A stretch of 64,000 nt of DNA from an uncultured Gammaproteobacteria bacterium (GCA_913045115.1 CAJWPJ010000003.1:854-64853), one strand, 5' to 3'; counted from the stretch's first letter, positions 1 to 9,892 are shown. The notes: a model not told the origin generated them from the letters alone. Translations and numbers: made by a program.

Positions 1-1266
1 GAAAAAAAGATTTTTTACGTCTTCTGATTTATTATGAAACCGGAACCATGCAGATTGCTGAAAAAGTGGAGCGATCGAGAAACCTGAACCCCAAGAAGTG
101 TGGAACTTACGCTCAAATGTATCGGGTGTGACAAAAAAGGATTCGTCCAACGAATCTGATAATCCAGGCATAATGGTCGTTTCGAGTTGATACATGACCC
201 TTTGCTTGAGTTTCTCCCCTTCATCCTCCCAATTTATGCCTGATTGCTTGTTGGGTACGGGTGCGAGAACATAAAATGCATCACCATCTGGTGGAGCCAT
301 GCTTTCATCGGTGGCAGACGGCCGGTGTAGGTACAAACTCAGGTCATCTGAAAGAATCTGCCGATCGAAAATGTCCTCTAACAATTTTTTATATTCTTCG
401 CCGAATAAAATGGTGTGGTGTTTGATAGAGGGGAACCTCTTTTTGGTGCTGAAATACCAGACAAAAAGCCCCATTGAGTACGATAGGGATTTTAACTTTT
501 TATCGGTCCACTTCCGTCGTTTTTCAGAGGGTATCAATTTCTCATAAACCATAGGCGGATCAGCATCACAAACTACAATGTCTGACTCAATTTTTTCACC
601 TGAGGCTAAGATCACACCTTTTGCCTCACCGTTTTGAACCAAGATTTGTTTTACAGTTCTGTTATAATTGAATTTTATACCAACTTCTCTCGATAATTTT
701 TCAATTGCCTGTACCAATGCTCCGGTTCCTCCTTTAGGAAACCAAACTCCCCATTTTCGTTCCAGATAGTGAATTAAACAGTAGATAGAAGTCGTTTGAA
801 AGGGGTTACCACCGACTAGAAGAGGATGAATAGAGAATGCTCGCCTGAGGCGCTCGTCTTTTATGTATTGGCTGACGAAATCATAAACTGATAGGTAGCT
901 CTTCAGGCTAAGTAATACAGGAACCTGACGAAGCATCGTGCTAAATTTGTTGAATGGTTTGTCTGAGAGATCCTCGAAGCCCACCTCAAAAATTTTTTTT
1001 GAATACTCAACTAAACCGCGATAATTTTCCTCAGGATTTTCTGAGACCCGTTCTATTTCACTTTCGGTGTCTTTAATCTTCCCGCCATAATCCATGTATG
1101 TTTTATCTTTAAAATGAAATCGATACCAGGGTTCGACAGGTAAAAATTTTATGTAATCACTCCTATCACGACCGAATAAATTAAATAACTCATCAAATAA
1201 AAAAGGAGCAGTTATTGTATCTAAAAATAACGCTGAGATACTATATAACAGTGATTTTATAAATAG
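1..1266 (-). pseudogene. Phytoene desaturase-family FAD oxidoreductase (CrtI-like); C-terminus runs off the window start, N-terminal dinucleotide-binding region absent
   Basis: Reverse-strand translation (codon phase 1-3, 4-6, ...) reads ...AFSIHPLLVGGNPFQTTSIYCLIHYLERKWGVWFPKGGTGALVQAIEKL...LAPVPNKQSGINWEDEGEKL...QQSAWFRFHNKSEDVKNLFF with no stop down to position 1. I recognise a near-identical signature from CrtI (SLLVGGNPF...LEREWGVWFPRGGTGALVQ...QSAWFRPHN). The frame is closed upstream by in-frame stops at 1267-1269, 1273-1278 and 1300-1302, leaving no room for the GxGxxG Rossmann segment. First in-frame Met is at 1095. Confidence 0.55.
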
Positions 1267-1303
1267 CTATGATTATTACCTGCCGATATGTCCAGAGAAT
1301 TAT

Positions 1304-1948
1304 TTGATTTATTACAATTATGTGAAAAAAATAGCTCCTGATGTAAATAACATTAATCTTTCATGTGCTAGAACAATATTAATGACGAGTGATAAGTTAA
1401 CTTTTAAGGAAATCTGTAATAAAAAAAATATACCTAATCCGGATTTATTTGATTTATTTACAGGTAACAAGCTATATATTGAGAAAGATAGAACTGGTTG
1501 CGGATCTACAAATGTTAGAATAGTCAAAGATAATAAGTCTTATAAAAATGATAGAATTATTGAAAAATATATACCAGGATCTAGCTTCAGTATTAGCTTG
1601 CATGTTACTCACAAAAGCTATCATATAATGTCAATTAATAGACAAATAATTCAAAAGAAAAAAAATCATATTAAATTGAAGGCATTAGTGGTTAATATCT
1701 ATCCTTCATTTAAAAATCATTTATATAATTTTGTTGAGAATATTTTGAACGCTTTTCCAAAACTTAGAGGATTTATTGGTTTAGATTTTATTGAGTACAA
1801 AGGAGAGCTATTTTTAATTGAAATAAATTCAAGATATACAACTTCCATGTCTCTAATTGAAAGATGCAAGAAAAAGAATCCATTAGATTACATATGTGAC
1901 AGAGGAAAAAACATAGCAGGAAAATCATGTCGATTAGAACTAATTTAA
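1304..1948 (+). CDS. ATP-grasp domain protein (MfnD/MptN-like ligase). At 214 aa it looks short on the N-terminal side
   Basis: C-terminal GELFLIEINSRYTTS resembles the ATP-grasp LIEIN(P/S)R motif. The protein begins at the central domain and sits inside the cofactor-biosynthesis island. Confidence 0.5.
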   Translation: MIYYNYVKKIAPDVNNINLSCARTILMTSDKLTFKEICNKKNIPNPDLFDLFTGNKLYIEKDRTGCGSTNVRIVKDNKSYKNDRIIEKYIPGSSFSISLHVTHKSYHIMSINRQIIQKKKNHIKLKALVVNIYPSFKNHLYNFVENILNAFPKLRGFIGLDFIEYKGELFLIEINSRYTTSMSLIERCKKKNPLDYICDRGKNIAGKSCRLELI

Positions 1949-2976
1949 TTAAGATAGGATGGGATCTAGGTGGTGCACACATAAAGTACTGCGTTGAATC
2001 CCAAGCATCAAATATAATTTGGTACGATATAATACATTTCGATTTTTGGAAAGATTACTCAAAACTAAGCGCCCTAATTATAGATATTTGTAAACAATAT
2101 CATGAAAAAGGAGCATTAATAGAAAACTATTTTACAATGTCAGCTGAGATGTGTGATTGTTTTGAGAACAGAAGTGCTGGCGTAAAATATATTCTCAATC
2201 AGATAAAAAAAATTAAATATAGCTCATATATTTTTTCAAAGAGTGGGTTAAGTAAGCTAGACAATAAGTATAAAATTTATCCAGATAAAGTTGGATCCTA
2301 TAATTGGTATGCTTCAGCCCTATATATATCAACACTTATTGATAATGTAATTCTAATTGATTTTGGGTCTACCACCTGTGACTTTTCAATAATAAAAAAT
2401 GGGAAAATTCTTAACAAAAGGACCTCAGATATAGATGGAATGTTAACTGGGGAACTTTTATATACTGGCTGTTCAAGGACACCAATATATGCGCACATCA
2501 ATCAAATAAGATTTGGAAATAGAATTTATAATATTATCCCAGAAAACTTTTCTTCTATGTCAGATGTTAATATAATTTTGGGTAAGTTAAACAAGCAAGA
2601 TGTTTATTCAAAATCGTCAGATGGATCAAATCATTCTTTGCTGCAGTCATACAAACGAATCTGTAGATCATTTGGGTTTGATTATAATAGCTCTATGAAA
2701 AAACTCGTGAATCATCTATGCTTGAAAATCTATGATGCTCAAGTTGATTTGATCAATAAGACATTATCCCTCCACTGTCATAAATATTTTAGGGACTCTA
2801 AATATAATATTGTTGGGCTAGGATTAGGATCGAAAATTATTATGAATATGTGTAAGCAGAATAGATATGACTATATAGATGTAAGAGATATACTAAATGA
2901 TACTATAGTAAATGGTGATTATTTATCGAATCTTTTTCCTGCATTCGTTTTAAATAGGTTAAGCAATGAGTTATAA
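1927..2976 (+). CDS. Hydantoinase/oxoprolinase-like ASKHA-fold protein of the H4MPT-linked C1-transfer pathway family
   Basis: N-terminal IGWDLGGAHIKY is an actin/hydantoinase-like phosphate-1 motif. The family assignment (one_C_unchar-type) comes from the neighbouring MfnB/DUF447/DHPS-like genes. Confidence 0.45.
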   Translation: MSIRTNLIKIGWDLGGAHIKYCVESQASNIIWYDIIHFDFWKDYSKLSALIIDICKQYHEKGALIENYFTMSAEMCDCFENRSAGVKYILNQIKKIKYSSYIFSKSGLSKLDNKYKIYPDKVGSYNWYASALYISTLIDNVILIDFGSTTCDFSIIKNGKILNKRTSDIDGMLTGELLYTGCSRTPIYAHINQIRFGNRIYNIIPENFSSMSDVNIILGKLNKQDVYSKSSDGSNHSLLQSYKRICRSFGFDYNSSMKKLVNHLCLKIYDAQVDLINKTLSLHCHKYFRDSKYNIVGLGLGSKIIMNMCKQNRYDYIDVRDILNDTIVNGDYLSNLFPAFVLNRLSNEL

Positions 2977-4318
2977 ATTACATCCACTAGATTTTTCAAT
3001 TCCATCTGAACAGGTCTTTGAGAGCATTAAGAATGAGGATTGGTCTGTATTTTTGAATAGTAACAACAAAAAGTATACCGATCAGAGATTTGACATACTA
3101 TCTGCTAGTCCTAAACAAAAAATTATATTTTCTGATGATAGCGCTTATCTTATAAATAAAAATGAAGAACCAAAAAAAACTGAATTATGTCCATTTGAAT
3201 TATTAAGAGAAGTCATGAGTAAGTACAAATCTAATTGTGATACTGATATACCATTCTCTGGTGGCGCAATAGGTTATATATCTTATGATTATGGCAACTA
3301 TTTACATAATATTGAGAATAAAAATAATCATTTCAATCAACCTCTTTTGGCATTTGGTATTTATGATTGGGCTGTTATCTATGATTATGCTCTTGAAAAA
3401 TCATTCCTCTTATACCATGAAAAAAATTCTATAACTGAAAATATTATAAATAATAATAAGAAGAGTCTTGATTCTAATGTAATGCCTTTTCAGATCACAT
3501 CTAGATGTGAGTCGAATATGAACTATGATTTATATGAAATGAAGCTTCTTAAAATCTTAGAATATATAAGAGCCGGAGATTGCTATCAAGTGAATCTATC
3601 TCAGATGTTTACACTTAGTTATGAAGGGAACGAATATGAGTTATATAAAAACCTAAACAAATCCTTTGCTTCACCTTACTCTGCATATATGAATTATCCA
3701 TTTGGAAAGATCTTATCTTTCTCCCCTGAAAGATTCTTATCTATCAAGAATAATATTGTTGAAACTAAGCCTATTAAGGGCACTAGACCAAGGTCAGATG
3801 ATCCAAACATAGATAAAAAAAATATAGAAGATCTAGAATCATCTCAGAAAGATAGAGCAGAGAATCTAATGATAGTAGACTTACTAAGGAACGATTTAGG
3901 AATGAATTGTAAAAAGGGCAGTGTTAAAGTAGATAAGCTTTTTGATATAGAAACTTTTGCAAATGTACATCATTTAGTAAGCACAATTCATGCAGAAATA
4001 GATAGTGAATCAAATATTTATAATCTTATCAAAGATGCATTTCCGGGCGGTTCTATCACTGGCGCACCTAAGTTAAGAGCAATGCAAATTATCCATGAAC
4101 TTGAGCCTAATAATAGATCTATTTATTGTGGATCAATCGGTTATATTAGTTTTGATGAGAAAACAGACTTTAATATTTCTATAAGATCCATGATCTCTAA
4201 AGACAATAACTTATACTTCTGGGGCGGGGGTGGTATAGTATACGACTCTGATATTCGAAGTGAATATAATGAGACAATATCTAAAGTCAAACCACTTCTT
4301 GATATATTCTCTGATTAA
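2966..4318 (+). CDS. pabB: Chorismate-binding enzyme, aminodeoxychorismate synthase component I (PabB-like)
   Basis: C-terminal FPGGSITGAPKLRAMQIIHELEP...IYCGSIGYISFD matches the TrpE/PabB signature. Length 450 aa. Confidence 0.7.
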   Translation: MSYKLHPLDFSIPSEQVFESIKNEDWSVFLNSNNKKYTDQRFDILSASPKQKIIFSDDSAYLINKNEEPKKTELCPFELLREVMSKYKSNCDTDIPFSGGAIGYISYDYGNYLHNIENKNNHFNQPLLAFGIYDWAVIYDYALEKSFLLYHEKNSITENIINNNKKSLDSNVMPFQITSRCESNMNYDLYEMKLLKILEYIRAGDCYQVNLSQMFTLSYEGNEYELYKNLNKSFASPYSAYMNYPFGKILSFSPERFLSIKNNIVETKPIKGTRPRSDDPNIDKKNIEDLESSQKDRAENLMIVDLLRNDLGMNCKKGSVKVDKLFDIETFANVHHLVSTIHAEIDSESNIYNLIKDAFPGGSITGAPKLRAMQIIHELEPNNRSIYCGSIGYISFDEKTDFNISIRSMISKDNNLYFWGGGGIVYDSDIRSEYNETISKVKPLLDIFSD

Positions 4319-4991
4319 TAAGTTTGAAATTTTTTAAGATATCCTGACATATCATTGAATCAATATCTTCTCGTTTTGAATTAGAGCATAACGCTCCACG
4401 CAAACCTATAAAATCTGGTTGTAGAGAAAGCACATCTTCAAATTTAGTTGGTGTAATAGATCCTGATATCCCACAGAATTTGCCAGACTTCTTGCATGAC
4501 TCCACAAAAAACTTCAATGTGTCTCTTGTTAAAATATCTAGTGTAGATTGGTTGTTTTTTGAAACAGTGTCTATCATAAGCCCATCATAATTTAACTTAA
4601 GTATATTTTCTAGTTCCTGCTCATTATTTATCAAGTCTGCAAATATCACACCAACAGTTTTGATAGACAATTTTTTTATTGATTTTAAAAAAATAGAATG
4701 TTGTTGTAACAAGTTGTTATCGAATATTCCTATCTTTATATATTCGATACCCAAATGCTCTAATAACTCTACTCTTCTCAATTGTTCTTTTGTTAGTGGG
4801 CTAGAGTCGTTACCCGCAGTAACACTTAATGTACGACCACTAAATATTTCAGTAATTTTTTTTAAAGAGTTATCTCCGACGTAACCAAGTGCACCATCGT
4901 TTACGTTCTTAATGTCAATTATGTCAAAGTCAAATTTAGACATTATCTCAGCTTCATTTTCGTCTTTAATACTAGCTAGGATCTTAGTCAT
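4287..4991 (-). CDS. mfnB: (5-formylfuran-3-yl)methyl phosphate synthase family protein (MfnB/DUF556)
   Basis: N-terminal KILASIKDENEAEIMSKFDFDIIDIKNVNDGALG, an internal IKIG, and GISGSI...DFIGLRGALC at the C-terminus match the MfnB/DUF556 family. Length ~234 aa. Confidence 0.65.
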   Translation of the reverse strand: MTKILASIKDENEAEIMSKFDFDIIDIKNVNDGALGYVGDNSLKKITEIFSGRTLSVTAGNDSSPLTKEQLRRVELLEHLGIEYIKIGIFDNNLLQQHSIFLKSIKKLSIKTVGVIFADLINNEQELENILKLNYDGLMIDTVSKNNQSTLDILTRDTLKFFVESCKKSGKFCGISGSITPTKFEDVLSLQPDFIGLRGALCSNSKREDIDSMICQDILKNFKLINQRIYQEVV

Positions 4992-5556
4992 TTTTAAAAT
5001 AGCTATTAATTTTATCTTCTATCCAGCTCCATGCTTGCTTCTCATTCTCCCCAGCTGTTTTATCTATGCCTATTTTTAAATACTCATACTCTCTCTTGAC
5101 TTTATCATCATCTATCATGCCTAATCTTGTTGAGAGAACAGCTAATTCAATGACTGAAAATTGGGCCCTATTAAATCCCATAAAGGGTCTTAGATTCTGC
5201 GTGTTTTGGATATAACAAATGATTTTAGGTCTTAGTTCATCTTCTAAAATACTTGATACCTTCAAGTTCATATATGAATTTGTATTAGATAGATGTGCAA
5301 CTTCATCCTTCGGTTGATGATTCAAATCCCATTTCTTCTTCTTGCCTGTAACTATTCCGGCAAACACCTTGACATCGTCTATGTAATTTATTGTAGCTTT
5401 TTTAGTATTGATAAGATTCTCTAATGTCTGTGACGGTTTGAATGGTGATATTTGAACACACTCCTGACTTTCATGATCAATGAACTTAATTCCCATAGGA
5501 GCAATATGTACTCGATTATCTTCATCTACCGTTGTAACAATTACTTCATGAATCAT
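4984..5556 (-). CDS. DUF447 family protein; MfnF/orf21-like and cofactor-biosynthesis associated
   Basis: 190-aa protein overlapping the MfnB-like and DHPS-like genes by 8 and 4 nt. The adjacency DUF447-DUF556 is typical of methanofuran/H4MPT islands. Confidence 0.45.
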   Translation of the reverse strand: MIHEVIVTTVDEDNRVHIAPMGIKFIDHESQECVQISPFKPSQTLENLINTKKATINYIDDVKVFAGIVTGKKKKWDLNHQPKDEVAHLSNTNSYMNLKVSSILEDELRPKIICYIQNTQNLRPFMGFNRAQFSVIELAVLSTRLGMIDDDKVKREYEYLKIGIDKTAGENEKQAWSWIEDKINSYFKND

Positions 5557-6935
5557 TTTCTTTTTTTGAAGGTTGGCCCTAATTCTTTACTCTGGAGTTT
5601 ATTATCAACTTTTTTATCAACTAAGCAACCCCATCCTAACTCTTCATCTTGTTGATATTCTTTTTTTAATTGATATGCAATTTGAGCTCTTGCTAATTCT
5701 ACTCCTAAATAAAAGGCATGTCCCGAGTCATTACTTATCTCTAGATGCTCATAGAAATCAAATGGATCAGCAAAAATCTTATATATATTTTTGTTAAATA
5801 AATGAATGCCATCATCATTCACATATATCCTATAATTTTTATCTTTAATATTACTTTGCATCTCAATGAGTTCATCAGAGCAAAGTGCATAATCTTTATG
5901 CCCATGATTTACTAAAAGACCATCATTAATATGTTTAGGTGTTAAGTTATTTTCAGATGCCGCATGAATAATTCTTCTTGCAAGATCTGTCTCTCTGATA
6001 ACAGTTGAACAATGTCTGCTCACTTGCGTGGTTAGTATATGATTAAGTTTGAGTTCTTCAATGATGCCTAGCATAATCATGTTTATCCCAGAGGTATCAG
6101 CATGCGTTAGTTCTGTTATGTTGCCAAGTCCTATCATAATATGAATGTCAGGATATTTTTCTCTTAGGCTTACGTATCTCATTAAGCTTTCTGTGAAGCC
6201 ATACGATATTGGATCAAGTATAGGATCAGCAATGAATATTAATTTATCGTCTATAGCGCGATCAACTAGCTTATAAAACTCAGGTATATTATTTTCTGTT
6301 GGAATCAAAATCGGATATGAATCTAAATTTTCAAGTATATGGTATGTTTCTGCTTTGATACTTAGTAGATAATCAGCACCTGCTTTTGAGCCTCGAATAA
6401 GCTCGTCAGTATTATGTGAGTCAATGCTAACGTAAAAATTTCTGCTCTTTAGCTCTTGGACAATCTCTTCAAGATGAGGAAAGTGTTTGTTTGGTAAACA
6501 GCCCACATCAATTACATCTGCACCCTCAGATCTGAAGTATTCTGCTTTTTGAATGACTTGATCAACAGTCATATTTAGTGCATCTGTTATTTCTCCAAAT
6601 ATTGATGTTTCAAATTTTGAAAGGTCATACTTTACTGGCTTTGCTCCAAAGAGAAGGGGTAAATCTTTGAGTTCATCTGGACCTCTAGTAATCTTTTTTC
6701 TTATGTTATTTTCAAGTATTTTGATATCACCTCTTACTCTTCCAGGTATGATTATCTCATCAAAGCCATCCACATTACCGATTCTCCTTTCGATCATTTC
6801 AGTAGTTAGGAGTGCTGCAACATTTACATTTAAGTTTCTTATTTCATATGAAAAGTTCTTATCTTCTATACTATCAATTACTGTTTTAAGACCTTTCTCT
6901 GCTAATTTCCCAGTTATGAATAGAATGTTTTTCAT
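5553..6935 (-). CDS. Dihydropteroate synthase-like pterin-binding protein with an N-terminal extension (MptH/orf20-like)
   Basis: Contains SEGADVIDVGCLPN, which resembles the DHPS pterin-binding motif (DIIDVGGEST). Length 460 aa, longer than FolP. It is operonic with the DUF447, MfnB and flavoprotein genes. Confidence 0.55.
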   Translation of the reverse strand: MKNILFITGKLAEKGLKTVIDSIEDKNFSYEIRNLNVNVAALLTTEMIERRIGNVDGFDEIIIPGRVRGDIKILENNIRKKITRGPDELKDLPLLFGAKPVKYDLSKFETSIFGEITDALNMTVDQVIQKAEYFRSEGADVIDVGCLPNKHFPHLEEIVQELKSRNFYVSIDSHNTDELIRGSKAGADYLLSIKAETYHILENLDSYPILIPTENNIPEFYKLVDRAIDDKLIFIADPILDPISYGFTESLMRYVSLREKYPDIHIMIGLGNITELTHADTSGINMIMLGIIEELKLNHILTTQVSRHCSTVIRETDLARRIIHAASENNLTPKHINDGLLVNHGHKDYALCSDELIEMQSNIKDKNYRIYVNDDGIHLFNKNIYKIFADPFDFYEHLEISNDSGHAFYLGVELARAQIAYQLKKEYQQDEELGWGCLVDKKVDNKLQSKELGPTFKKRK

Positions 6936-7462
6936 TTAGCTAGCTTTGTAAGATTATTTTTTAAAGATTTAACATTATCAACAACAATTACATTCTTAAA
7001 TTTTTTAAGAGCTCTATAGTTTTTGAGGTCAATATCTCTTGGGTATAATGTTACGAGTTTTTTTGGTGCTTGCGTAATTACAATAGGCTCTGTGTCACAG
7101 GCAAAAACTAATGACTTCACCTCACATTTACCTGCCTGTGCAAACATATTAGTAACAAGGGTATCTGAGATGCCTTGTGCCATTAAAGCTATTGTGTTTG
7201 ATGTTGCTGGAGATATGACTACGAGTTTGTAGACTGATTCATATAATAAGCTAACTGGAGATGCACTTGATGTTACATCTCTAAAAATTTTAATTTTATT
7301 TTTTTTAAAAATAGATAAATCATAATCGTACCACTTTAGTACCTCTTCACCTGCTTTGCTTAAATATAAATCTACATTTTCAAAAGTTAGCATCAAATCT
7401 ATAGATTCTTTCAGGTAGTGACCTGAACCAGTTATACACCAAGCTATTCTTTTTTTATCCAT
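6932..7462 (-). CDS. Flavoprotein of the AfpA/DmrX (dihydromethanopterin reductase-like) or HFCD family
   Basis: 176 aa. N-terminal KRIAWCITGSGHYL is a flavodoxin-like FMN-binding start. Its position between MobA and the DHPS-like gene supports the call. Confidence 0.45.
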   Translation of the reverse strand: MDKKRIAWCITGSGHYLKESIDLMLTFENVDLYLSKAGEEVLKWYDYDLSIFKKNKIKIFRDVTSSASPVSLLYESVYKLVVISPATSNTIALMAQGISDTLVTNMFAQAGKCEVKSLVFACDTEPIVITQAPKKLVTLYPRDIDLKNYRALKKFKNVIVVDNVKSLKNNLTKLAK

Positions 7463-8063
7463 ATAATTTATTTATCAAAAATCTATTTTTTTCAATATCA
7501 TCTTTTGAATTAATATTTATAAACATCTCTTCACTTTGTTCAAAGCAAATATCTTTATAACCGCATGCAGTATACCACTTATCAATTTTTCTCTCTCCTG
7601 TTTCTAAAAATACTTTTAAGTTTTCTTTTAGTGAAGATGCTAAACGTGCATAAACAGGTTGTAATCGATCTGCCGTCTTAACCACTAATATATTATGATT
7701 TTCTCCATAGTTGATAAGTTTCTCAAAATAGTCCTCCTTAATAAAAGGACCATCGCATGGCAGTATTATGACATGTTTATTTTTACATTTTGATAATGCG
7801 GTATATATACCTGAGAGAGGCCCCTGATAATCATCAAGTATGTCTGAGTGTATGTGTGGATGTAATTTTTTATATTCCTCAAGATTATTGTTAGTAATCA
7901 CAAATACATCATTTGAGTATTTACTAGAGAGTTTGACTATTCTTGATAAGACGGAAAACCCATTAAACTCTATCAAGCCCTTATCCTCATAGTCCATTCT
8001 AGATGATTTCCCTCCAGATAATATAGCGATAGATAGATCATCTTTTTGTATTTTAGTTGACAT
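7455..8063 (-). CDS. mobA: Molybdenum cofactor guanylyltransferase MobA
   Basis: AILSGGKSSRMDYEDKGLIEFNG, DYQGPLSG and ILPCDGP align with E. coli MobA ([37 protein letters not shown]). Confidence 0.7.
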   Translation of the reverse strand: MSTKIQKDDLSIAILSGGKSSRMDYEDKGLIEFNGFSVLSRIVKLSSKYSNDVFVITNNNLEEYKKLHPHIHSDILDDYQGPLSGIYTALSKCKNKHVIILPCDGPFIKEDYFEKLINYGENHNILVVKTADRLQPVYARLASSLKENLKVFLETGERKIDKWYTACGYKDICFEQSEEMFININSKDDIEKNRFLINKLYG

Positions 8064-8113
8064 TACAATATTATAAGCTGATAAATTTAAATAGATAACC
8101 TATATAATCAATT

Positions 8114-9079
8114 ATGAAAATATTCTTAGCACCAATGGTTGGGAGAACTGATAAATACTTCAGAAGACTAGTGAGAATAATCTCTTCCAATATAATTATG
8201 TTCACTGAAATGATTACAGTAGACTCTTTAATAAGGGGTAATATTAGAAACTATACTGTAGATAAAAGCGAACATCCCGTAGTCGCACAGATAGCTGGTA
8301 ATGATTCAAAGAAATTTGCTGAATGCGCTGAAATACTCACAACATCAGACTTTGATGAAATCAACCTAAATATTGGTTGCCCAAGTGCAAAAGTAGTTAA
8401 AGGCGGTTTTGGAGCATGTCAGATTGTTGATCCATATAGCGTTGCCAAGTTCGTTGAGTCGATTAAGTCATCTACAGATTTACCTGTGTCAATCAAAACT
8501 AGGTTAGGACTTGGTTTCGATCAAAGTTTAGAAGACATCAAAAAATTTATTAAACTAACCAGCGAAGCCGGCTGCAAGACTTTTTATATTCATGCGAGAA
8601 ATGCCATTCTAAATGGTTTATCAACAAGGAAAAATAGGTCTGTTCCGCCCTTGAGGTATGATGACGTGATGAAACTCAAAGAAATATATCCACACTTAGA
8701 TATATATATCAATGGAGGTATAGTTGATTTAGAAGACCTAAAAAAGTTATTAAAAATTTATGGAGGCGTAATGTTAGGAAGAAAGATATATGACGATCCT
8801 ATGTTTCTAAATGATATTGAGAAAAATATATACTCCTCTAATAGTAAGTTATCTACTTATGACATTATTTGTAGATACATTGATCAACTCGATGAAGAAG
8901 ATTCTCACAATAAGTTATATGCACTAAAACATCTTGTAAACTTATATAAAGGAACATGCTATGCAAAAAAATGGAGAAAATTTTTACATTCAATGATAAA
9001 TTCTGATCAACCAATACAAAATATTAAAAATTTCGATTATAGGAGCAATAATGAAAAAAGAGAAATTAACTGCTCGTAA
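8114..9079 (+). CDS. dusA: tRNA-dihydrouridine synthase DusA
   Basis: LAPMVGRTDKYFRRL at the N-terminus and the TIM-barrel Dus family sequence along the whole length. Confidence 0.8.
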   Translation: MKIFLAPMVGRTDKYFRRLVRIISSNIIMFTEMITVDSLIRGNIRNYTVDKSEHPVVAQIAGNDSKKFAECAEILTTSDFDEINLNIGCPSAKVVKGGFGACQIVDPYSVAKFVESIKSSTDLPVSIKTRLGLGFDQSLEDIKKFIKLTSEAGCKTFYIHARNAILNGLSTRKNRSVPPLRYDDVMKLKEIYPHLDIYINGGIVDLEDLKKLLKIYGGVMLGRKIYDDPMFLNDIEKNIYSSNSKLSTYDIICRYIDQLDEEDSHNKLYALKHLVNLYKGTCYAKKWRKFLHSMINSDQPIQNIKNFDYRSNNEKREINCS

Positions 9080-9857
9080 AGCCGATATCAATTCACTTTA
9101 TGAGGAATCGGTTCAATGTCCAGAATTTGAAGTAGGCTTTATAAAAAAATTATTCAAGAAATATTACAAATCTAGGTGTAGAAGCCTAAGGGAAGACTTT
9201 TGTGCTTCGGCATTAATCTCAGCTGAGTGGGTTCTGGATAATAAGGATAATACATCTCTTTCAGTAGATTTAGATAGAAAAATGATTGACGCTGCAAAAA
9301 AAACTGCCTCAGAAAAACTACAAAACGAACAACGCTCTAGAATGAAAATAAGATATGGTGATTCTTCAAAATACAAGGGAGATATAGTGGATTGTATCCT
9401 TGCTACAAACTTTAGCTATTTTGTATTTAAAGATAGACAGAAGCTAATTAAATATTTTTCAAATGCCTATAATCAATTAAAAAAGAAGGGCTTATTTATG
9501 CTTGATGCATTTGGTGGATATGAAGCACATCAACTTTTAGAAGAGAGAACCAAGCACAAAAATTTTACATACGTTTGGGACCAATCTTCTTTCAATCCAA
9601 TAACTCATGAGATTCAATGCTATATCCATTTTGAGTTTCCAGATAAGACAAAGAAAAATAAAGCATTTAGTTACAACTGGAGGCTATGGACGTTGCCTGA
9701 AATTCAAGAGTGCCTAAGAGAGGCTGGATTTAGATATGTTGATATTTATATGCAGGGCTGGGATGATGAAAAGGATGAGGAGACAGAAAAGTTTTATAAG
9801 GTAACCAAATGCGACGCAGATCCTGCATGGGTAGCATATCTAGTGGCAAGAAAATAG
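9051..9857 (+). CDS. Class I SAM-dependent methyltransferase with a degenerate motif I
   Basis: The methyltransferase motifs appear in the expected order: LREDFCASALIS (motif I-like), DLDRKMIDAA (post-I), DIVDCILATNFSYF (motif II), KKGLFMLDAFG (motif III). Confidence 0.4.
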   Translation: MKKEKLTARKADINSLYEESVQCPEFEVGFIKKLFKKYYKSRCRSLREDFCASALISAEWVLDNKDNTSLSVDLDRKMIDAAKKTASEKLQNEQRSRMKIRYGDSSKYKGDIVDCILATNFSYFVFKDRQKLIKYFSNAYNQLKKKGLFMLDAFGGYEAHQLLEERTKHKNFTYVWDQSSFNPITHEIQCYIHFEFPDKTKKNKAFSYNWRLWTLPEIQECLREAGFRYVDIYMQGWDDEKDEETEKFYKVTKCDADPAWVAYLVARK

Positions 9858-9858
9858 A

Positions 9859-9886
9859 TTGATAACTTCAACGTTAATCATATAAT
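9859..9886 (+). promoter_or_regulatory. Sigma70-type promoter for rnpB
   Basis: TTGATA at 9859-9864, a 16-nt spacer, then TATAAT at 9881-9886, 6-7 nt upstream of the RNase P RNA 5' end. Confidence 0.5.
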
Positions 9887-9892
9887 ACCTTT

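Noticed and set aside
15-547. Small ORFs 15-224 (minus) and 299-547 (plus)
   Set aside because: They overlap the well-supported CrtI-like reading frame on the minus strand in other frames or the other strand. There is no independent support for either.
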